Shown here: piece by piece, positions 48,198 to 58,484 of the stretch
How the letters are laid out: each line of letters opens with the position of its first letter
Position numbering within the stretch: position 1 is the stretch's first letter
Origin: Craspedostauros australis
Taxonomy: Eukaryota
Assembly: GCA_030167865.1 (NCBI GenBank)
Contig: JALAGF010005893.1
Coordinates: forward strand, 1 to 58,484
Reading direction: 5' to 3'
Length of the DNA stretch: 58,484 nucleotides
The notes under the pieces: generated by a model
Seen by the model: the letters and a program-made list of their open reading frames with translations, nothing else
What the model was told of the DNA's origin: nothing
Database searches by the model: none
Program-made: the position numbers and the translations under genes

Positions 48198-51100
48198 CAG
48201 TGGCGGAAGGCTCACTCTCATGAGATGGAGGCGCCCACCATCGTGCTGTTCCCAACATTCCGTTCGTGAAACTCCACACGATCGTGCCTGTGTTGTGTTT
48301 TGGTCTTGTTTGTGTGTACGTGTCTGCGTGGAAGAAGAACGCAGGAAGTGATTCCCGTTTTCAATCGTGAGTATGCCTTTGGTCGTTTGAATCATCATGT
48401 GACATGTACTCAGTCCGTATGTCCATCAGACAAAGGTGCTTTGTCGCTTTGGACCAAATTGTGTTGAAGATGGTGAATATTTTCAAGCTATGTGTCTCAA
48501 TTTATCACGAATGCACCAACAATTTCAGGCTGGGGACCTTGCAAAACGTCGTTCCTGCATCGCGAATTCAAGACATCCTTCGTGTTACTTGGGAAGTCGA
48601 ACAAGGTTGACAAAGTCTGTCTGGTGCCAACCAGCAGAAGAAACGAGATCATTTGCAAGATCATGCCCACCAAAGAAATGTCATGTTGACGCGCCAAAGG
48701 GTCCCAAGGTAGCGAACTGGTCCCGTCGTTGTGTGGAATGATGTTGGGGGTGTGGAGGCGGCAGCCAAGGTGAAGCTGAGGAACACAGGCAAAACCAGCT
48801 CTGGCCCAATGTTGACCTTCCGTCCCAAGCAGCATTCGCACACACCCATACAAACGCACCATACCAACTCGTGGGAGTGGGGAGATGAGAATGGGAGGAA
48901 CGTCTTCTTTGTCTTACAACTTGACCCCAAAGATGGAAAAGGCTCGCGAAACAGTAGCAATGGTGGGCGCTGATAAGCATTGGTCAGCATGGGTGGGGAG
49001 GCGATGGCAGCGATGGTGTGTGTGGGACAACGACTCGTGCAAGGATGGCACGGGTAGGATTAGTGGGGGATTCGGTCTTGCTGTCGAACAGAGAGGCAAA
49101 GAGATCGAGAAACGCGAAGCATGGGAGTGGATCAAGAACGGTGTCGGTGTGGCGGAAGCATCAGTCGCAACAACGCCAAGTTGAATGAGAATTTCGCATC
49201 GGAACCTGGACATGCAACGCTCTGTCTGGTTGTGTCACTGAGATCTTGTTGGATTCGCGAGCGTGAATGGGAACGAGACGGAGCAACGGAGATAGGAGAT
49301 ACCCCGGACGAAGCCTGGTGACAAGCAAGGTTGATCAGTGGTCACAGCTCGCGTCATCCCGAATCATCGAGAATGTCTCTCGTCATCATCCACACGCCAA
49401 CGAGCTATCCTGTCGGTTGGCGATGAGATAAGCCCGCTGCCCTCCGCGTTACCGTGTTCGTCAAAATGCTCCCCTGGTTGGTCAGCGTGCTCGTATCGAT
49501 ACCGCCAGCTTGCGTGTCGCCCTATTTGTACGATCTCCAAGGACGAATACTCGACCGTGCATCATGCTTTGCGAGCTGCGAGGATGGACAAAGGGTCGCA
49601 TCCTGGTGGCCTTGGCGAAAAGCTGAATTGTGGCGCGCTTGTCTCCTCCTGGACAGAGCGTCACACTGATTCGCTGTTTGAGTACGAGCTGATCTCTTGA
49701 GTATTTCACATCGCTGCGGCTGAGCGCCGGCGGCGAGATCATTGCTGATGGTACGGGCATGGTGGAGTGCGCACAGATGCATGTATTGTTGTGACGGAGA
49801 GCATTCTGTCAGTCAATCATGAACAGACAGAAACAGAAGAATCCGGAGAGGGCGGTGCGGGTACGGCCTACACGGATCAGCCATGGCTGGGGAAAGTTCA
49901 AGCTTCGCTGCTGGTTTCCGACGTGTCAATCTCTTCGTCTCCAAGAGGATGGTCACAAGCATTGCGATCCCATGCTCATCCTGCCTGCGCAGAATCTGTA
50001 CTCGTACTGGTACTGTGGCCAGATGGTGGAGCACGAAGTGGTGGGCAAATGAGGACCACGAGTACGATCAAGGGACAGTGCAGCACGCTGTGATTCTCGC
50101 CGCCCGCCTCCTGAACGAACGCTCTCTTATGGCGCAGGCAGAGTAACTGCGCTCGCAAATTGCCAGGAACTGATTTTCCTGTGGTTGTCGAGAGCGATTG
50201 TAGCGTTTGTAGAATATTCGTTGGCGGGATACCAACAGCTCCGCACACTGTGATACAATTGGTGTGATCATCGTACTCGAACTCGTTCTCGTGGAGCGCC
50301 ATCGTTCTCGAGGCCACGTCCACGCACGGACTCGGCGCCAGCTTACGCGAGTGCACCCAATACTGAATCCAAGAACAAAGTTCGAATCAAGGAGGGGGAA
50401 GATAAGATCCAGGGCAATGAATCGATTCGTGCGACGGTACTCCGGACGTTCCAAATGTATTGTACGAGCCACGAGCAGCAGAGTATTCAAAAGTTACACC
50501 CCCTCTTGGTTTTGTTGACATTGTCTGCCACGCCGCAGTGTTAGTGTAGTTCCCGGCAGTGCACCGCTGCCCATCGCTGCCCATCGCTGCTGCTGATGCA
50601 ATGGGGGCGGATGCAGGAGGCAGATAGGTTCCGCCGCCGTCCGCGATGCTACGATCACTCAGAGTATCTCTGCGTCGCCGCATTGCACAACTTTGGCGTC
50701 CTGTCGTGAAGTGTCGTGGGATGTCCTGTCCGTTTCTGTTGTGACATGCTTGAGTTTGGATGGTTTTGTCGCGGTCCAACTGTGAGTGCCTTGAGGAAAG
50801 GATATATATCTCACATCCTCCATGCCTTACTATTATGCAGACGGGCACACGCGGAGATCCAGACTCCTGAGAATTCTGGACTTCCTCCGCTGTCGCATCT
50901 TGGTTGTCTTGCTCTTCTGCCACGCACGAGCCATGCAAAGTGAACCGCGTCTCGCATCTCATACGAGGGGCTCTCTGCCTTTGCAAACATGGTTGCAAAT
51001 TTGTCCAGAGATCAATCCGTCCACAGCGATCTCCATCACAACAGTCGACGGTTTCATGCGAGAAGCACGAGCTACGCGTATGCATGGTACGTTTACGACA

Positions 51101-52404
51101 GCAACACAGATAGAGATGGTGATGACAGTGGCGATGGTGGGATGAAAACGGCGCAACAAGGTGGCTGACTAATTTCGGATTCGGACTTCCGCAACACGAA
51201 CCCGCTCGAGTCTTGCCATCTCGCAGAGTATAATACAATACAATATTTAGAATGACGAAGCAAGGGTAACCATGCGAATGTTCATTCGATAATTGTAATC
51301 GTAGCAAGAGCCGCAACTGGTTGTCAGCTCGTGGATGCGACGGACGCAATCTGGCCTCGCCAAGTGTCCTCACGAGTTATTATGAGGTACTCGTCCTGTG
51401 TTTTCGTTTTTGCATCTTCGCCGACCGAGCGAGAAAGATGTGGTGGCTGATGCAGATGTTCTGATGTGCGGTTTGGGTCATTTTCGACATGAGCCCTGTT
51501 GTGCGTGAACCCGAGTTGCCAAAAAGTTGTCTCGGTGTTGGTGGACAAGATGAGGAATTGTGAGTCAGAATTTACTGTGGGGTGTGATTGAAGGTTCAGA
51601 ATGCCATGATAATGTCCGGTTTCGCCTGGCAGAAGGCATTGGGGCACACATAGTGGATCGCTATGTCTAAGCCAGTCACTATCAAGCTCGGCTTCCACGG
51701 TCACGATAAAAGGCCCGACCTAGTTGCGATATCAGATTCTGTTTGAAGGAAAGCCAATAGTGACCCGAGAAGGCAATAACTCCGCTGTGACGAATCACGA
51801 GAAAACGGCTGGATTCGCATTGGCCGTCGTAGGCATCATAGTCCGCAGGGACAACGAAGAAGCACTCATGCGCGCGTACGTGCTGAATCACGAGCCCTAA
51901 CAGCACCCAAGAACGTGCACAGAGGGGCCCAACAACTTTGCGGAGACACGCAGCGCAACAGAGCGGAGTACCGGTTTGAGCATCCAGCGACAACACTGCC
52001 GCTCTGGCAAAGAGCAGCACAAAAGTTTGCACAACGAGGACAAACCACGCAGAACAACGACAGCATCTTCCCGTTTCTGTTCCGGATGCAGCCACAATCG
52101 CTGGGAACACCACTGGGAGAAACCGGTTTGTTGCAAACACATCCCAAGGGGGCATACGTGCACTCTTGCGCACCTTACCTTTCCTTCCTTGAGACACGCA
52201 CAACTTTGCAAACCGAAAGCTCCATCGCTTGAGGCAGGAAACAGCATCCGTCCACTCCGCCTCGTCTCGTCTCGCCCTGCACCCATTCGCACCGCACCAG
52301 CTCAACGTCAACATCGCATAATTTCGCCACATCCTCTTTCATCACACATCTCATAAGATCAACCATCCAGCCAACAAAGCAAGTAAGCAAGGAAGCAAGC
52401 AAAC

Positions 52405-53367
52405 ATGAACTCGACAATCGTCTCACAAATGCAGCAACAGGAGCAACAACAGCAGCAACAACAGCAGCAACAACAACAACAACGGCTTGCCCTCCCAACC
52501 CCAGTTCCGCCACCAGCAGCGAGCGAAGCCTCACCAACCTCCGTCATGATGATCAAGCGCATCGAAACCGCAGAGATATCGAAGACATCACTGTCCAAGC
52601 CAGCTACATCCGCATCCACCATCAGCAGAAGCTGCAAGCGCAGTGTCCGCTTCCCATGCAATGTCAGCGACATGGTGACCTGCCAGTACATCCCGACCCT
52701 CGATGAAATATCCGACGCAGAGATTGATGCGACATGGTACACAAACAAGGAGTACAGACAAATCCGCAAGGACATGAAGGCCGTCCTCAAGAAGTTCATC
52801 AAGTCGGCTCCTCTGTCACCCGACAAGGAGGACGCACGCGGGTTGGAGTTCAAGACACCAACTGGCACCAAGCAACGTCAAAAGAACCGCTTCCTCAGCA
52901 TCGACATGGTCCTCGACGAACAGGAGCGCCACTTCGAGGAGCAGATCGGAGCACACCACAGCAACACCAGCCGCGACAGCCAGGCCATGTACATCGCACA
53001 GATCTACACACAATCCACCATCCACTGCTCCAGAACGGCAGCCATGATTGGGAAGGAGGATGCCGCCTACGTACAAGAGAATGTCAGAGAAAGCGCGGAC
53101 GATGCCGTGCACGAACTCCTGCATCAAGCCGAGATGTACCAACAGCAGCAGCAGGAACAATCCCACAAACAACAACAACAACAACAGCAGCAAACGGACA
53201 ACAACACAGACGAGGTCATCCTGCTTCTGTCTTCGCCCGTCCCGGCTCAATTCAGCAAGGTCAAGCTCGCAATCACAGCAGCACCCACCACGCCGATCCT
53301 CTCATCACCATCTGGTCTCGTCAGCATCCTTTCCCCGACCAAGAACTTCGTTTGTGCTGCAGCATGA
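52405..53367 (+). CDS. Diatom-type hypothetical protein of the RVxF..WY..RGLE family with polyQ tracts (320 aa)
   Basis: KRSVRF...IPTLDEISDAEIDATWYTNKEYRQIRK...DARGLEFKTPTG...VLDEQ. Paralogous to 56335-57189. Confidence 0.82.
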   Translation: MNSTIVSQMQQQEQQQQQQQQQQQQQRLALPTPVPPPAASEASPTSVMMIKRIETAEISKTSLSKPATSASTISRSCKRSVRFPCNVSDMVTCQYIPTLDEISDAEIDATWYTNKEYRQIRKDMKAVLKKFIKSAPLSPDKEDARGLEFKTPTGTKQRQKNRFLSIDMVLDEQERHFEEQIGAHHSNTSRDSQAMYIAQIYTQSTIHCSRTAAMIGKEDAAYVQENVRESADDAVHELLHQAEMYQQQQQEQSHKQQQQQQQQTDNNTDEVILLLSSPVPAQFSKVKLAITAAPTTPILSSPSGLVSILSPTKNFVCAAA

Positions 53368-55373
53368 ACACATGGTGAAAGCTGTCATCCTAGGGCAAGC
53401 ATACCAAGAGCGACGGCTATCACATCAAACGAGTGCAGCAAATAGAGGGGGAATTGCAATTACAAATAGGGTAGAGCACAGCTCTAATGCGGGTATACTA
53501 TATCACATAGCAAAACATATCATAACATCAACCGGTCTGTACAGCCTACAAATTCATTACTTTGCTCTAGTGCACATCATTGCATCACGCCATTCTCCGT
53601 TGCGCTGCTCTGCTCTCGTTCACACTCTCCTGTCCACCAGATCGGCACTCCCTCGAGGTATGCGCTGCACATGTATTAGTACGAGTAGCATGAGTAATCA
53701 TGCGGATGCAGGCCTCCAATCAACACCAACACCAACGCTTTCATCCACACAACAGTCCATCATTCTCGCCGAGATTCTCCTTCTTTCTCGTAACAGGCAT
53801 AATGTTACAGAACTAACACTTCGAGTCATTCAGCATCCATTCCCTCTCTTTCTTGCTCGTAGTCGTACTCCATCCTTTGTCTACCAGCCTGTTTCCGGTT
53901 GAGAGTTGGGGCAGAGTCCCTACCTGCAGAGTATGGGACATTGGTCAGAAGGCAGAAGATCAGTACGCCAGAAGCATGCGCTTTGCTCCTCTTTCCGTCC
54001 ATGAAGGGCACGATCCACATGCAGGCTTCTCGCCATGGGTGAAGATTACTATAGGAGGAACGTGAGCCCTTGCCGGGGACTCTTCCCTCCATCCGCAACC
54101 TCTGGAAGACATCAGGAGGTGTCGTCAACATCAAACTCGTCCACGGCGTGCGAAACGATGACCATTCCGAAGACGGTGGAGATGCTTGTGGTGCACATGA
54201 CGGTGATGGATGGATGATGCTGTGATGCTGTCCCTGGGGGCTGGCCTGAGGAATAGTCGTAACATCACGACCAACATCAACCAGCCTCGGACATGATTGC
54301 AGTCCACCATCACTCACCAGGTATACGAGTTCCGACTCCACTCCATTGCGCGCACATGTAGGCAGCCATAGCAGAGTACCATAGGTTGGACTCCGCCATC
54401 ACCATCACCATCATCAGAGCACAAGATGTCAGGCACAATCGCTGGACTACTATTGCGGTTTCGCTGGCTTCACATCGGGATGCAAGCCTCGCTCAAGCCG
54501 GTTGGGTGGTGCCATACTATACGAGCTACGTACTTTGAGCGATAGGAACCACAACACACGATAAGCTTCTTGCGCATAGCCACAGACGCAGGATACGACT
54601 ACGAGCCGGGTTGTCGTATGAGTACGATTTCGAGTATAGATGCGGATGCAAGACAACACAAGACAAGAGAAGTCAATGCGGCGATCTTTTCGGCTGGATT
54701 CGTCTCACTTTCTGGTTGAAGTCGTCTTCTGGTCTTTCTTGGCATCCACCTTCCGACACCGAAACGGAAAGGCCGACATCTGGCTGAATTCGCTTGTTGC
54801 ACTCGCAATGGCGTCCGTTGCATTAGCAGCTCTATTCAGTTTAACTAAGCGTCTGGTTTGGCATTATTGTTGTGGGAGCCCCGAACGAGACATCTGCGTA
54901 ACATCTCCTCTTCGCCCACCCGCTTCGAGCCCAACATCATTCCATTTCTAAACCAAAAGGGCAGCAGTGATGATAGGAGTAGCTCGTCGTATTCGCCGTC
55001 GCAGTTGCAGTCACGGCCGTACCAGGAGCCGATGCATGATTCATGCACGTAGCTGGTATCGCAGCTCGTACGAGAACAGGAAAGTAGAGTGGCTCGTAGC
55101 GAATGCGATCTGCTCGTACCGCGCTGACCCGCCAACAGCAAAACGTCGTTATGATCACCTGCCCAACAATGTCCAGATCGTTCTTGCACCATCCGCAACT
55201 GATTCAATGACTGTGTGTGCCGTTGGCTTGCCATGATGGCCGATGGATGGCGTCATCGTACGGCCATAGAGGATTTTCGCCGCACCCTTTCGCATGGGAT
55301 CAACCTGCTGCCATTGCTGGCCTGCGATCTGCCTGATCAATCCATCACCCATCACCAACAATCTCTCACCTCT

Positions 55374-55422
55374 CACATCACACATCACACATCGCACATC
55401 ACACATCGCACATCACACATCA
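55374..55422. repeat. Tandem 7-mer (CACATCA/CACATCG) x~7
   Basis: Read directly from the sequence. Confidence 0.8.
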
Positions 55423-56334
55423 ACGTGACATAGAGCCTCTCGCAGAATTTGTTGTGCTGTCTGGCGGATGACAAATGCCAACAATTATGAAGCTTCGAAT
55501 GCACCAGTCACCAAAGTAGGCAAAGTACGTCACCAGCAGCCAACCAAGACCTCAATTCTCCAGGGGCATCTTTCATCCGTGCCCCTTTTTCAGTCGAAGG
55601 GATCAAAGGGAAACTAGGTTTCGAGATATAGTCGAAGTAATCAAATGATCATTTCAGTCGATTGTCACAGACACAAGCGCGAGCAGCCCTGTTCGCAGAG
55701 TCATGGGTGCAATCCCGAAGAACGATCATCAATTAACCGTGGCAAGTCTAATTGCCGACTGGCCGATTTGTCATCGGGGCACAACGTCGGCATTTGAAGA
55801 GCCATTACACCCAACGAAAATCAGCCCACGACCACTTTTTTGTAGCCCAAGCACGCTTTGTTGTCTGCAACAGGAGTGGTGTGAGAGACGCTGTTGCATC
55901 TGCGATATTCTTCGCGCGTGGATCGCGGAGGGAGGGAGTCGGAGATGGAAATGTGCGCGGGCGTGGGCTACGATCAGAAAGCCACACAATCGTAGGCAAC
56001 AGAGGCACTTTCTGTTTTGTGCGCTTCGTCGTGTCTGTCTCCTTTCTTCCCGTCACGTCGCGAAACCTGGCCTCTCCTTGGTTTGTCGTCGTTTGGGCCT
56101 CTGTCTGCGTGGTCTCTGTCTCTCTCTCTCCATCTCTCTCTCTTCTGTCACAAAATCAGCCCAGGAGCAACCCAAACCAAAACAAACCACGGCAGCAACA
56201 CCAACAACAAGAACAACAACAAACGCAAGAATAGAGCAGCTAGGATCTTTCATCTGCATTGCCAACACACTCGAGCCATATCCAATTGGAGAAGAGCACT
56301 CCACTTCACTCAGCTATTTATTTGCAGCAGCACG

Positions 56335-57189
56335 ATGCCACCACTCAACGCGAACGAAGCAACCATGACAGAAGCCGTCGTGAGTTCATGCCACAACTCC
56401 AAAGGCGAGCAGCCACAGGTACAGGCGCAAAAGCCGCGCAGACGGCGCCGACGCGTCCATTTCGCAGCCTCGGTGGACGTGCTGGAGGTCACCCACCTCG
56501 ATGACATGTCCGAACAGGAGCGCTTTGATGTGTGGTACGAGCCCGAGGACTTCGACGCCATCAAGCGATCCATGATCATCACATTGCGCTTGATGATCGC
56601 CCAAAAACCGATCGACAATGAGCACCAATGCACCAGAGGGCTTGAATTCCGAACACCGGCAGGATCACGAGCACGCAAAAAGAAGAAGCTCGATGCCCTG
56701 ACGGCCGTGTGGAACGAGCAGGTGGCGCAATGGGACAACTACGTGAGAGATGACGAGGGCATCCGCGCCGCGTACCAGCTGTTCGCCGTGCCATCGAGGG
56801 AGGAGGCAAGGCGCGTTGGCATGCTCGACCAGGATGTCGTGCAGGATGAGATCGACAAGCAGAGAGCGGCCACCAAGGAGCTGGCTGATGCGTTTGCGCA
56901 CATGTGCGTCTCCGCACCATCGGAGAACCAAGGTGACAACAAGAACACCGGCACCTTCACCCGTCCCACCTTGACCAAAACATCTTCGCGCTCCACCCAG
57001 TCGACATCCATGTCGTCCCTCTCATCGACGGGATCGTCTCTGCGTTCGGTGCTGGTCGTTACCAACGACAGCAGCAGCAACGACAACAAGCACCAAACAT
57101 CAGGCGTTGCGACGCCGCACACGCATTGCTCAGGGTCATCTCAACAAACACGTACGCGACGCTCCTCTCTGGTCCCGTCGGCTGCTTGA
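56335..57189 (+). CDS. Diatom-type hypothetical protein of the RVxF..WY..RGLE family (284 aa from ATG at 56335)
   Basis: RRRVHF...VTHLDDMSEQERFDVWYEPEDFDAIKR...CTRGLEFRTPAG...VWNEQ, then a Ser/Thr-rich tail. Confidence 0.82.
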   Translation: MPPLNANEATMTEAVVSSCHNSKGEQPQVQAQKPRRRRRRVHFAASVDVLEVTHLDDMSEQERFDVWYEPEDFDAIKRSMIITLRLMIAQKPIDNEHQCTRGLEFRTPAGSRARKKKKLDALTAVWNEQVAQWDNYVRDDEGIRAAYQLFAVPSREEARRVGMLDQDVVQDEIDKQRAATKELADAFAHMCVSAPSENQGDNKNTGTFTRPTLTKTSSRSTQSTSMSSLSSTGSSLRSVLVVTNDSSSNDNKHQTSGVATPHTHCSGSSQQTRTRRSSLVPSAA

Positions 57190-58484
57190 GAACAGACAGG
57201 AGGTTGCCGAGAGCATGGCAAAGGCGCTGGTAGCAGAGAGAATCGGCGTGGTCGGGAGAACACAACCGACCACATGCCACCACTGACGAGCTTACATATC
57301 TAGTGCCATTCCACTAGAGTAGAGCAGCAGGGACCAATGGAAGACCTGGAGGACGTTACTTCAGAGACAAAAGACGGGGAAGAGCAACCCCAGCTCACGA
57401 TCCGTAGCAGCAGGGAACGGCAGCAAAAGTGCCGGGGGGAGATGCCAGCTGCAGAATAAGCAAGCAAGCACGATGCATAATGCAGTAACAATTTAAAAAT
57501 CAATCCATATCATGATGCTATACGATCTACTCTACTGTACAATACTACTGCGCCAGCAGTGTGCGCCATACCATGGGGAAGTGTAACACGCGCAACACTG
57601 GCATGTGGAGGGGCTTGGGTGGTACGGGCTGGGCCATCATCCAAAAGCCTCTCCTTCGAAGGAGGACATGGCTCCCTCCAATGGTTCCTTCGATTCCTCG
57701 AGGCCACGCCCAAAGAGGCGATGTGCTCTTGTCTGGGTTGATGCTGATCGTCGAGTGGCAAGTGATAAGTGGCACGTGACAATCGACGAGGCGAGGAATT
57801 CTGGAGGCACCATCATCTTCCCCGGTTATACAGTTATGTCATACTCGTTCCATACCGTGCATCCTCGTAACTCGCACCGATCCTCCAGCACGATACGATC
57901 ACGTGTCTTCAACAAGAGATCAGCGAACATGGTCACTTGACGGAAATCACAAGGAATCAATCAACATCGTGTGGTCCGGTGACGACATCGTGGAGAGCAA
58001 ACGACGGCAGCAGGCGCGACAACAGTGGCATCTGGGATGAGAGATAACCTACCCACGGCGGTGTGGACGAGCACAAAAACATCGACAAAAGCCATGATAT
58101 CTCTCCTTTGTGTAGGTTTCGCTCCTCCGTCACAGGGTTGAATAGTCATTGGCCATGAGTGACAAATCGTGCTGGATGGGCCGACCTTTTCCTCCTGACT
58201 CGTACTCGTAGCCTCTGCGATGTTCTGGGCGAGCCGCTTTCACGGTTACGGGTTGTTCTCCGTTTTTGTATCCATGCGTTCAGCTCGCACCATACGATCT
58301 ACTCGCACATACGAGTACGAGTAAGTCGTCCTCGTAGCAAGGGGGTAGCAGATACAAAAGGCGTCAGCGTCACCGTCGCTGTCACTCACTTACATCGCCG
58401 CTATTGGAGGGGTTCGAGTGGCCCCAGAACTTGGGTACTGAGACACACCAGGATGACTCAATGCCAGGGGGAGCCCCGCAATAG

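Noticed and set aside
50387..51373. 328-aa minus-strand ORF
   Set aside because: Non-ATG start, Cys/His/Arg-rich random-like composition and no motif; not supportable as a gene.
53826..54341. 171-aa minus-strand ORF between the two RVxF genes
   Set aside because: No clear ATG start, no recognisable domain and weak coding signal.
58405..58426. GGTTCGA T-loop-like motif suggesting a tRNA
   Set aside because: No cloverleaf, acceptor stem or D-arm in the flanks.

Overview
Gene-dense eukaryotic nuclear DNA, most likely from a diatom. The evidence is GT-AG introns, bipartite signal-plus-transit plastid presequences (hemA ADA|F), and two members of a diatom-type 'RVxF..WY..RGLE' protein family. 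I reconstructed 17 protein-coding genes by hand, including splice sites: an IFI6/IFI27(ISG12)-like protein with an internal duplication, an OSR1/SPAK-like STE20 kinase, COG7, an 852-aa unknown, APC7, hemA, COA7, an ICL/PEP-mutase-family enzyme, an F-box/Sel1/MYND protein, a PsbP-like lumen protein, BCAT, a 7-exon ~2922-aa SZT2, LYAR, FAM192A, two short hypotheticals and two RVxF-family proteins. The first 1.7 kb is a 762-bp direct duplication interrupted by N runs. No tRNA, rRNA, CRISPR array or recognisable intact transposon was found. The most unusual signals are (i) a run of 6-7 back-to-back hairpins at 27451-27725 whose stem mismatches are G-U only on the + strand (candidate structured RNA), (ii) the duplicated ISG12-like gene with a CxxC-CxxC head, (iii) a MYND finger split by a ~238-aa His/Asp/Asn-rich insertion, and (iv) suggestive head-to-head pairs (BCAT/SZT2, hemA/COA7). 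Family assignments come from remembered motifs, not from database searches.
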